NCBI RefSeq assembly: GCF_964355755.1
Contig: NC_092679.1
Span: forward strand, 13,623,432-13,687,431
Direction: 5' to 3'
Length of the DNA stretch: 64,000 nt
From: Antedon mediterranea
Taxonomy: Eukaryota > Animalia > Echinodermata
A program made the translations under genes and the position numbers. Below the pieces are notes generated by a model that saw nothing but the letters and a program-made list of their open reading frames with translations, searched no databases and was not told the origin of the DNA. Shown in pieces: positions 36,747 to 47,721 of the stretch (positions are counted from its first letter, which is position 1; each line of letters starts with the position of its first letter).

Positions 36747-38722
36747 TTACATTGTTATTTGTACTCCTCTGCGCGAACACTCCACCAACAACTCTATGTT
36801 TGTATCAATTGACAAATTGCATTTCTGTATGTCAAGTTTATGTAATTTAGGAGACTTACTTAAGAAAGTAACAAGTAAAGTACCATCAATGTTACTTAAA
36901 TCATTACCCCCAATATAAAGCTGTTGTAATTGTAACTCATCTCCTTTATACGTTATGTTCATTGCATTCACTATGTCACCTGATAGCTGGCACATGGTTA
37001 TCTCAAGTAAACTCAGCTTAGGAGACTTATTCAACAGATTACCAAGTAAAGTACCATTGATGTCACTAAAATCATTTTCCCTTATAAAAATTTCTTGCAA
37101 TTGCAAATCATCTCTTGCATATGCTATAAGCAGATTATTCATTATGAGTCCCGTTAGTTTGCACTTATTCATGTCAAGATGTCTCAGATTAGCAAACTTA
37201 CTTAGGAAAGTACCCAGTAGGGTACCATGAATGTTACTGAGATCATTATTTGAAATAACAAGCATTTGTAATCGAAATTCATCTCCTACATATACTCTCA
37301 TTATTGCATTCATTATGTCACCTGATAGCTTGCAACTGGACATCTCAAGTTCAAGCAGCTGAGACTTACTCAAGAAAATTCCCAGTGAACTACCATTAAC
37401 GTCACCTAAATAATTACCCGAAATATACAATTTCTTTAATTCTACCGCACACTCATATACTTTGATAGTTTCATTTATTATACGTCCTGATAGTTTACAA
37501 TTGTTTACGCCAAGTACACTCAGCTTACTGGCCTTTCTCAAGAAAATACCCAGTGAAGTACCGTCAATATCACTAACATCATTACCAGAAATGATCAAAT
37601 TTTGTAATTGTAACTCATCTCTTTCATACGTTCTAATCATTCTTTTCACTATGTCACCTGGTAAATGGCACATGGTTAGCTCAAGTACCATCAGCTTAGG
37701 AGACTTATTCAAGAAATTACACAGTAGAGTACCATCAATGTCAGTGAAATTATTGTTCCCTATAACAAGCTCATGTAATGGAAACTCATCTCCTTCATAC
37801 ACTCTGAACATTTGATTAATTATGTGCCCTGATAGTTTGCAATCATGCATGACAAGTTTCCTCAGTTTAGAAGACTTACTCAAGAAATTACCAAGTAGAG
37901 TACCATCAATATTACTGAAATCATTACACCCAATATAGAGGACCTGAAATTCTGAGTGTATACATACGCCTGTATACATTCTGATAAAATTATTCATTAC
38001 GTCACCTGATAGTTTGCAGTTATGCATCTCAAGTTGACTCAGTTTAGGAGTCTTAATGAAGAAAGTACACAGTAAAGTACCATCAATGTTACGGATGTCA
38101 TTATTCGTAATATAAAGGTCTTGTAACTCTACTGCACCTGTATACGCTCTGACCATTTCGTTCATCACATCACCTGATAGTTTGCAATCTCTCATTTCAA
38201 GCGCAGTCAACTTAGTAAGCCTACTTATGAAAGTACCCAGTAGCATACCATGAATGTTACTGAAATCATTATTTGAAATAACAAGCAATTCTATTTGTAA
38301 CTCATCTCCTACATACCCTTTCATCATTGCATTCATTATGCCACCTGATAGTTTGCAATCTTTTATGTCAAGTTCAGTCAGCTTAGTAAACCTACTTAGG
38401 AAAGTACCCAGTAGCGTACCATGAATGTTACTGAAATCATTATTTGAAATATTAAGCACTTGTATTTGTAACTCATCTCCTACAAACCCTGTCATCATGG
38501 CATTCATTACGTCACCTGATAGTTTACAATTTTTCATGTTCAGTGTAAGTAGATTAGGAGCCTTACTCAAGAAAGTACCTAGTAAAGTACCACCAATTTT
38601 ACTAACATCTGTATTATCAATATTTAACTCTCGTAAATCTAAATCTCTTCCTTCATACATTTGCAGCAATTCCTTTACTTGATTGCAATCATTTATGTTA
38701 CGTTTAAGGCAATAATCCTCAC
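36747..38722 (-). CDS. Terminal exon of an NLR-like gene: ribonuclease-inhibitor-type LRR solenoid (11 x ~57-aa double repeats)
   Basis: Uninterrupted ORF with repeated LQ.L.IS.ND.SNI.GTLLG.FLSK..KL..L....CKLSG.IMN. Strong acceptor ttctttttcttcag at 38723, phase 1, in frame with the upstream exon. Confidence 0.9.
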
Positions 38723-39361
38723 CTGAAGAAAAAGAATTTAGATTAAACAGATCCATATTCAAGGTGATGACGATCTTAATAAGTACCAAACATTATTAAC
38801 GATTCGACACTTACTCGGATCGTTCCTTAAAAACAATAAAAATAATGCAAATGTGCAATATTTACTTTCAATGTAAATACATTACTGTAGTTAAGAGCTC
38901 AATCATTATGATCTTAACCCTCAAAATTATCCAGAAAACAGTTTAAACATTTTTAAACCACAAACATGGTTTATTTTTATATCACTATGAGGACATAAAT
39001 ATGAAAATAATAAACCCTTGTCTTACTCATTTTTTCCCATTTAATTGAAAATAAGAGCTTTTTGTAACTCTTGTATTTTACTCAATATCTGGCAAATAAC
39101 AACTTTATTAATTGCTCACCAGGCTTTCGCTACAAACCAATAATATTGATAGTATCAGTGTAGGCTAGCATTTTAAAAGGATTAATACAAAAAATTATAT
39201 ATTTATTTATATTTATTGGGAGTAAAAAATTACATACATTAAAAATAATAAAATCATAACAATATCACAAAACTCTGCTGTTTCTTGACCATGTGCCTAA
39301 TATGTTTCCAGAGAAATAGTGAGCAATATAAATGATTACAATAACCAGATAAAATACATAC

Positions 39362-39908
39362 CGGTAATTAAAATCTCGTTCTGTGCGAGTATCCCAAGAA
39401 GTGTTGCAAACCGTTTTATTTCTGTGGGTAAAATTAGCTTGGTCTCTAATTTGAATACTACATCCCAAAGTGTGGTATAAAGGAAATGTCCTAGTCGATA
39501 CACATCAGTAACCCTCTTTAACGCACCTGCCTCAGCTTGGTTCACAGCCCTAAACAGTTGTTTGCGAAATGGCGACAACGTATTCATATCAGTGGGTATA
39601 TTCTGGATATTGTTATCTTCTATATACTGAAGTACAAGACGTTCGGCATCCTTCGGACCCGTTAGTATTGTAATCTCCAACAGCAGATTGACATCGCTAG
39701 ATGTTATGTATCCTTTGCCACCAGTGCTATCTAGTTGATTGAATAAAGAGTGTCCTGTGAGCCCTTCGTTGTCAAAGCTTGCTATTGGTAATTTTTCAAA
39801 TAGGCAAAATATCAGCAACTTGATGTTTTCACCCTCGTAGTGCTTACTGAGTGCAGCTTTCAACTCGGAAAACTTACTTTCAAGGTCTGTAATTTCTTTA
39901 CTTTGTAT
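39362..39908 (-). CDS. Exon encoding tandem death-effector-domain-like helical domains, spliced to the LRR exon
   Basis: Acceptor tttttgcag and donor G|gtatgt; 547 bp, phase 0 to 1. LFNQLDSTG..GYITSSDVNLLLEI and LSPFRKQLF..LWDVVFKLE resemble DED1/DED2 patterns. A possible start exon is 40099-40076 (MGLYSEIQ|gtagtc). Confidence 0.72.
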
Positions 39909-40115
39909 CTGCAAAAATATGTTTACAAATAAATTAAATCTTATTATGTCACTACATATGTTTGTCATCATCTGCATCATAATCGTTTCGTCACATATAC
40001 ATAATAACGCATTATTATTCATTTTAACCTTGCATTGATTAAGTAAATTTATATGAAATAGCATTTAAAGACTACCTGTATTTCGCTGTATAGGCCCATA
40101 TATTTATGCTAGATA

Positions 40116-40231
40116 CAGTACAACCCCTATTAAGGGGTCATCTTTGAAACTCAAAATTGTCTCCTTAATAGGGGTGTCAGCTAGATAGGTGTGTCCCCTG
40201 GATAAGGGTGTCATAACAGATGGGATCTACT
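40116..40231. mobile_element. Small Tc1/mariner-like MITE
   Basis: ta-cagtacaacccct ... gggatctactg ends; internal cctattaagg/ccttaatagg inverted motif. Confidence 0.5.
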
Positions 40232-40746
40232 GTTTTGTAAATTTCAAGTGAATGCTTCGAGCATATATCTGGACATACAAAATGACCAAAAAAAGAGTAC
40301 TTTAGGAATGGGTTTATAATATAAAATAGTAATTCGAACTTGTTTGAGTTTTCTAGACACCCCCATAGGATCTTATAATGCTGAATCATAGAGATGTATT
40401 TGGTCTTATTATATTATGTGTTATAAATGTAATTATATTTTTAACCACCTACTGTAGTTATTTTATTTGCATATGTTTGTAGTAAATATTTCTATAACAA
40501 ATATTGCCATGTGAATGCACTTTCAGAAAATATAATCTGCGAGAAAAATATACTTCCAATGGAGAATCTCAAATGTTATATTTTACCTTTAAGAAGGAAA
40601 AACAGAAACCATTATGATTAAAATGAATAAGTGGGCTATTACAGCTTCTACTTTTGTCATAAAAACCCAAAGCTTACTATAGTACAACAGCGTGCTGGTT
40701 GTATTTAACAGGCACACAGCAACCGAAGAGGAATATTCCCCCATGA

Positions 40747-42564
40747 CTAATCAAATACCAAAAAATGTTCAATAATTACCTTTCTACCGTGTATTTTCTG
40801 TGGTGTCATAACTGCCAAAGACTGCAATTCATCTGCCTTCACGCCTCCATGACTAAACCGTCTCCATACATAAGTGCATAGATTCTTCCAAACTTCAGTG
40901 GAATTACTTCTTCCTACCAATATCAGACCATTGCCTTTTCCAGGAGCCACAAAAACAGGATGGGTATCAATGATAAACGGATGGTTTTTTAAACATCCTA
41001 TTGTTATGGCTAAAGGGGTGCTAACATAAATCGCCGCAAAGTTTTGGGCAGATAATTCACAAAGCTTTGTGTGAAGTTTTGATCTTCCTTGTTTTGAAAA
41101 CACAGTATCTGCATATGGAAGCTCTTCTGAAAAGTCATATGATGACGATAATAGATTTTGTTGATGTAAAATGTGGTAGGCTCCCATTGCATCATACAGT
41201 TTCTCAACATCTCTGTGTTCATTTATTTTAGGAGGCAGATTAAGGATTGTATCTTCAGAAAGGTCACTAAAGGCTGAACATACATTGTACTCGTCTGTGT
41301 CGCGTTCATTTAGTATCTTGTCAGCAATTTTAACTGCAATAAAAGCACATGAATTTGTTGCTTCATTCAGATTGATTGCAGACTTTATCTGATTTGATAT
41401 TTCATAGGTATCTGTAAGGTTGGCTAATTGTGTATCAACATGCTCATCAAGCTGTTTTAGTGAAGAAGCTTGACTAACATTAAGGTTAACGACATCAATG
41501 TCACCCATGCCATCTTGATTAAGAATATGATTTATTTCTTCCAAAGTCAGACGACTCCCTTTTGCAACAGCACAACCTCTATATATGTTTTCTAAGCCAA
41601 TCCAGCATGTAGCTCTTTCAACCTCATATTTTGTGTCTTCCATTGGCAACTCTTTTTTTTCAAGTTTGGATTTGACAAGTGATTTCATTTGCGATTGGGT
41701 ATTGCATCCAGATGCCCTTGCCTCTAAAATCCATGGACATTTTAACGAGGGATTGATAAGACAAAAGAAAATCATCCCTAGTGCCCACATATCTATGAGC
41801 ATTAGGTCTTCTATTGAGGCATTCTTCAATAATTCATCGTTAACAAGAATTTCAGGGGCCATGTATGGAACAGTACCACGATCAAGACATTTAGACATTG
41901 AGGATAGCATTGACTGTGTCTGTATAAATTTTGATCTACCTTCCCCAAAATCAGTCAGCTTGCAAATTATTGGTTTAGTCTGAAACTGTTCAAAAAGTTC
42001 AGAAGAAGGTAAGTTAGCGTAGTGTTGATTACTCACCAAAATGTTTTCTGGCTTGAGGTCCCGGTGTGCAATGCCCTGTGAGTGCATGTAAGAAATACCG
42101 TTAATTATCTCTTTTCCTGCGTAACATACTAAATGATGAAAACTGTTGCAGTCATACATGTCTAGTTTCAGTAAAAGACTGGAAAGGTTGCTTATCTGGA
42201 AATCTTCACCAAATGACTTAAAGTCAAAGTAAATGTATTCTAACATGATTGCATAAGGTTGTTTGGACAATGCTTTGAGCTTTACAATATTATCATGCTT
42301 GAGCTCATGCAGTAGAGCCACCTCTTTAAAAAACATCTTTTTGTCTTCTGTGTCAAGCATTTGCGGCATTTTTTTTATGATTACACATTCAGGTTCTGTC
42401 ATTCCTGGGAGTTGATACGTGCTTGTATACACCACCTGCCCAAAAGACCCATTACCAACGATGCTGGTTACAGGTAGTTTATTACATTCAAATTCATGAA
42501 TTCCATGAAGTTGAATCATATCTGTTTTTTTCACCTTCAACTGAGGAATCTTTAATTCAGCCAT
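40747..42564 (-). CDS. Intronless Ser/Thr protein kinase with a C-terminal putative cysteine-peptidase-like domain, 605 aa
   Basis: Complete kinase motifs VGNGSFGQV, IIKK, FFKEV, HRDLKPENILV, DFG, GTVPYMAPE, DMWALG. The C-terminal ~240 aa has VSQ..NSCAFIAV..FIIDTHP. An acceptor tttgtttcag lies just upstream of the ATG. Confidence 0.9.
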   Translation of the reverse strand: MAELKIPQLKVKKTDMIQLHGIHEFECNKLPVTSIVGNGSFGQVVYTSTYQLPGMTEPECVIIKKMPQMLDTEDKKMFFKEVALLHELKHDNIVKLKALSKQPYAIMLEYIYFDFKSFGEDFQISNLSSLLLKLDMYDCNSFHHLVCYAGKEIINGISYMHSQGIAHRDLKPENILVSNQHYANLPSSELFEQFQTKPIICKLTDFGEGRSKFIQTQSMLSSMSKCLDRGTVPYMAPEILVNDELLKNASIEDLMLIDMWALGMIFFCLINPSLKCPWILEARASGCNTQSQMKSLVKSKLEKKELPMEDTKYEVERATCWIGLENIYRGCAVAKGSRLTLEEINHILNQDGMGDIDVVNLNVSQASSLKQLDEHVDTQLANLTDTYEISNQIKSAINLNEATNSCAFIAVKIADKILNERDTDEYNVCSAFSDLSEDTILNLPPKINEHRDVEKLYDAMGAYHILHQQNLLSSSYDFSEELPYADTVFSKQGRSKLHTKLCELSAQNFAAIYVSTPLAITIGCLKNHPFIIDTHPVFVAPGKGNGLILVGRSNSTEVWKNLCTYVWRRFSHGGVKADELQSLAVMTPQKIHGRKVIIEHFLVFD

Positions 42565-44743
42565 TTTCTAGTATATTGTTCTGAAACAAATGTGTAGAAA
42601 TTATTTTAATTGTAAATTATTCTAAAATTTAAATTAAATTTGTTTTCATTTTTTTCGTATATATACTGTAACAATGCTTTCAATGTTATTCAACTTGTAA
42701 TCTTGAATTATAAAATTACTACTACAACTACATACAAGTATTCGTACTATGCACATCAAGATCTCAGTTTTCTAGACACCTTAAATACGAGGGCACTCGA
42801 CAGTCGTAATATTTCATTTTGTATCATTTTGGTAAGTTATAATTTAGGTTTTAAGTAATTTTAAAACTTTCTTTAGAAACTTTACTGTGGAGTGTACAAT
42901 TTTTGACTTCAATAATTTGCAGAGCGAAAACCGTAAACTTCGTCTAGGTCAATGTTTTGTTTTGGATCTGACCAGCAATAAAGCGTGGCAGCATGTTAAA
43001 TTGCTGTGCAAAATAAGAAATTAAACCTATTATTGAATATATTGTTATGAGTGTGTACATATTACATGCAATAGCTTAGTTTATTGACCCGAGATAAAAT
43101 AACTTCTAATATAGCTAGAGTTCAAGTATTTATATTATAATTATTATAAAGTTGTATAGTATGGGAACAATAGACTTTTCTGAAGTTTTGTATACAATTA
43201 TACATCTTAAACCATGCATATCAAACACTCCCGCAAGGTACCTTATGATATAAACTAATATTGTGCTTATACAATAATATCCAGACTTATGGTTTACTAA
43301 CTTGCAATATGAAGAACAATACATATTATTATTATTATGTTATTAATTAATTATATATAATTAATTATTATTATTATTTTCTAGTGCCTCAATAATACGA
43401 ATGCACCCAAGTATATACAGAAAAGCAGATTTTTAAGAAAGCCAACAGAATAGTAGCTGTTTGCAACTGAAAAAAATGTTATACAAGGGAAGAAAGTATA
43501 CGTTTCCTGGTTGATATACATCAATACTATATAATAACACTTTAAATTAAAAACCTGCTAAGACAGGTCTTAATAGTGATACAGTATACTTTTTGTTATA
43601 AGAAAGTTTACTATAATTGAGATCAATTGTGCAAATCTCTAACATAAGTTATAGCTAAGTAGTGTTTTCTAAATCATTACTCAAAAGATATTTTCAGTAA
43701 GTATTTGGGTGCGGTTGAAAAATGCATGGTGTAAAATTTAACCTGTGTAATCTTAAATTATGCGTGCAACCTATGTTAGAAGTAAACCAATGATAAGTAG
43801 GCTTAATTTAGATATTGTAAACTGTAAAGTTTCCAAGGTATAATCTATCCATTTATTGTGGAAGTCGCCACAATTCAAACATAAAATAGCAATGATCTAA
43901 GGAAAAAATGTTCAATTTTACACATTTAAAAATTAAAATACAACATCTAAATACATAACGTATAAGTAAATAGTAATAATAATTTATACACACGATGACG
44001 TCAAACGCATATACTGTAAGCTGTATCTCGCTTTCGCATAAGATCTATGGTTGTATTACATAAATTAATATTGCGATCGCCTCGACGGCTGGATACATAT
44101 AACAAAAATTCATCGGTAGAAAGTGATTAGTGATTTGCAGATGCATTTTGACTAACGTAAGTTTATGGTTTCGCATTTTGGGAAAAAGGGCGTGGCAGGA
44201 AAAAAGAATACGTGCGATGACATCGAGAAACTACATGTCTTGTCCTTTTATCGCCAAGCGGTTCACCTTAAATAATATATTATATAATATTAAGTTACTA
44301 TAGGTCCTATTACTATTTCTGAGAAATTTAGTTTTTTTTTTTTCAAAATAATCTGCAGTATGCTACCAGTGAATGTAGGTCCGCATTACGTCATTACATA
44401 GACATGCATAGACCGCCGTTAGATAGATAGTTTAGCAGAATGGGAGGTTACTTACCGTATTCTTCAAAAGACATATACCTCTTTTGGTGACACAGTATAG
44501 TCGTGTATACTTTGTAGTTTTACCAGAGAAAAGTGAAATCCACTCTCCCTGATGTTGACTACCGTCCCAGTAGGCCCATCTGAAATGATTCTAAACCCGT
44601 GATATTGAAAGATCATTCGATTTAGGCAGGGATGGATTTAGCCAATCAAACGTGAGTACAACTTCAATAACAGAAGGTTGTTCAATTCAATTTTGCTTTT
44701 ATTTCGGATTCACGTCAATAGTTACACAATCGATTACAGCATA

Positions 44744-46801
44744 CAGGGCCGTAACCAGGTTTGACGGCGGGGTGGATCGTTAAGTTGTTTAGTGGAACCC
44801 AGGGGCGGATCCAGGATATTGAAATAGGGGTGGCGTAGCTTTGCGAGCGAAGCGAGCAAACATTGGCTGGGGGCCAGGGGGCCGCCAAGGGCCTCCGGTC
44901 GGGATCCAGGGGCCGACGGCCCCTGGAAATTTTTGGCGTTCTAGCGCATTGTAAGTCGTTTAAAAACGATTTACAAACATCTCATAATGTCATTTACCAA
45001 ACACTCTAAAGCTCGCAAATTACGACATGTGGAATATGCAGCTGATACTTACCTAGGGTACCAAAAGCAAGCTAACAACTTGCCTGTACTTTACATCTAA
45101 ATTTTTACAACGCGACGATGTTTTTCACCGTTATATTATAAACTTGTCCTAGCCTAGGCCGGTATTATTTTTTTACACGCGCGCCGCGGGTCGATCGCGG
45201 TCACTATACTTCGCATGCAGCTAAAGTAAAATGACGTCACGTTAAAGCAGGTCGTCACAGAGTCTCATGCATATTAATGAAGCAAACTTGCTGAGAGTGT
45301 TTTCACCAGTACCACGCAACACATTTATCGAAACTCCGAGCCATCGACTGACGGTCATGTTTTTGACAATTAAAATCACGGCATATTCAACGACCTGGTT
45401 TAAACGATAGTTTAAAAATTAGCGGTCGGCTCGATTACATTATATTTAGTGATTTGAAAAAAACAAAACACCTCTTTTGTCATGATGTCATCGCGATGTG
45501 TTAATGAGAATCATCGACGGGAAAGCAAATAAAACAACAAGGGTCATGAAATGCTGCAGCATTGTTAATATTCTAATAGTAATACGTTTTAATAAAATTT
45601 AGCCCTAACGGGATAATTTTCATAGGCATACAGTCCTAGCCTTTGTTTTTATTGTACTTGATAAATGGGCGCGTAGTATAGTAGCACTGACCATGTGGCT
45701 TCATCAACTCTATTGATCGTCTGAGGTACGCTACTCTACAATACGGGAGTGACGATCACAAAGGATGCCGACCTGCTTAGTGGAACGCGACCAAGCTCAC
45801 CACGTGACTTTTATCAACTTGCTCCTTTTACACTTAACTGTGAATGATCGTTGGTAACGCTAGAGATTGATAGTACACAAAGGATGTCGACGTACATGCT
45901 TGGTGGAATGCGATCAAGCTGACGATGTGCTCCGACGTACTATTTTCACTATGAAAATGTGCAAACCATCGGTGATTGATGACCGTCGAAACGATACGTG
46001 TTTTTAAAATCTATTTAATTAAACAAAAAAATACGCCCCCGCTAGATCCGCCACTGGAACCATACCCTCGAAATTTTTTTCTCTATATGCCTATGGCCGC
46101 AAATCCCATTTCCGGCTATTCTCTTTTGTTTATGAACTATATTGTTGGTGTAATTTCCAGCCCACAAATTTCAATTGCCGACCTTAATATTGCCGACCTT
46201 ATATTGTCAGAGGACGGCATTCTCTTGCCGACCGAAATTAGGCTAGATCCCTCCTCCTTTCAAGCCTCCTAGCAACAACATGGTACATTAGGGATCGTAT
46301 CATTGAGACTTTAACAGGCATATTCACCATCATGTGGTGTTTAGGTTAAAAACCATGGAATTAAGATGATCCCTGAATTCACTCAACCATTGCATCTTGC
46401 ACTTGCGTCCGTGTGAGTGTGAGCTGCATGCTTTCTCTATCAAGCAGCTGGCTGGGCACGTCACACACGCACGCGGAGATCTGTGTAGGGGAATACCCTG
46501 TTATGTCAACCAAACAACAACTATGCTCTGTGTACAGCTCGCTAGCTCCAGAACCACGATGTTCAGCAGTTATCAAATAGAACTTATCTTGTAAATTTTA
46601 GTGTTAGGTTTTTATATTTTAGTTAAAATATATATATATATATATTAATTAAATTTATTAAGGCTTGACTAGGCTTGTAGTGAACAATCGTCGTGTTGTG
46701 TTAGTATGCCCAGCAAAAAAAAAGTGGCAGGCCAAGCGGAACTCGCTGTTCAGCGGGGGGGATCGTACGATCCCCCCGATCCCCCCCTGGTTACGGGCCT
46801 G
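44744..46801. mobile_element. Non-autonomous hAT-like DNA transposon, 5-bp TSD GCATA (outer element)
   Basis: TIR CAGGGCCGTAACCAGG / CCTGGTTACGGGCCTG; GCATA at 44739-44743 and 46802-46806. Confidence 0.85.
44800..46056. mobile_element. Nested non-autonomous hAT-like element, 5-bp TSD GAACC
   Basis: TIR CAGGGGCGGATC / GATCCGCCACTG; GAACC at 44795-44799 and 46057-46061. Confidence 0.85.
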
Positions 46802-47514
46802 GCATACATGAAGAAATAAATACAATGGTTGCCTTAAGTTCAACTGGCGTATATTGAATAATAATACAACTCTGACTGTGGCACGATCGTTTTCAACCAA
46901 TCAATAAGCAATATAAGGTTGGCTATATAGAATGCCTGAATAATAAAATTTAATAATACTTTCATCCCCGCCCCTATTATTATCTCTTAGCGCGTAACTG
47001 TACATTTACCATACTTAAATAACAGTGGCGTGGCCTATATAATAATGATTATACATGGGCTGTACTTAGGATCAATGACACCAAATCAGTGGGATTACAC
47101 ACCTATCAAATCCTGTGTAAATATAGACGTATACGACGGTTAAATTATTTACTTATAATAATAGAATAACTGGTAATAATATTTTATTAATATAATATTA
47201 GCAAACCCAACTATGTCATCCATTTTCAATGACGATGGAAGCAGGACATTTTTCTTTTTCATTTTTTGTTGCCTCTTTATTTTTCGATCCACTAGAAAGT
47301 CTGAACCTATGTGTTGGGAATTTACTAATTTACGCGTTAATTTTTACGTTTTGGGTTGCGACGCTACATATTTTGAAACATATTTATTTAAAATAATAAT
47401 TTACGAATTAAGAACACATTTAGTTTATTCTACTACAGTCTCACTGTCGTCATTGTAGCAACAAAGCTTGGATTGTCTCAGTCCATACCTACATGAGATT
47501 AGCTTTTAAGCACG

Positions 47515-47664
47515 AATTCAATTTAAATCATTAAAATAAAAGAAACGGTTCTGATACAATATGATTCCTAATACCACTGCTGTAGGCCTATGGTTTGTCT
47601 ATTGCCTAGATCCTTTGTAATGTCGCCATAGACTAGGCCTACTGCTCTGATTTTGAGGTCGTGT
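47515..47664 (-). pseudogene. Decayed duplicate of the 3' end of the 49135-49738 gene
   Basis: Shares tatggtttgtctattgcctagatcctttgtaat and ctgctctgattttgaggtcgtgt with 49107-49230 (ITKDLGNRQTI). Confidence 0.75.
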
Positions 47665-47721
47665 AAATTTAGAGAGGATAAATTACTACCATTACTACCA
47701 ACTACTGGAGAGATTATAATG

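Noticed and set aside
36955-38682. Plus-strand ORFs opposite the LRR exon (likewise those opposite the kinase, Penelope, gag and LINE ORFs)
   Set aside because: Antisense shadows of real coding frames with no independent motifs.
38723-38789. N-terminus of the 680-aa ORF as called by the ORF track (MVLIKIVITLNMDLF...)
   Set aside because: It starts at TTG and lies upstream of a strong phase-compatible acceptor at 38723, so it is most likely intronic.
44456-44579. Exon-like segment on the minus strand (tttcag...gtaagt), open in one frame with a phase-0 exit compatible with the DED exon
   Set aside because: No recognisable protein motif, no in-frame ATG and no identifiable upstream partner; it may be a 5' UTR exon, so it was not called.
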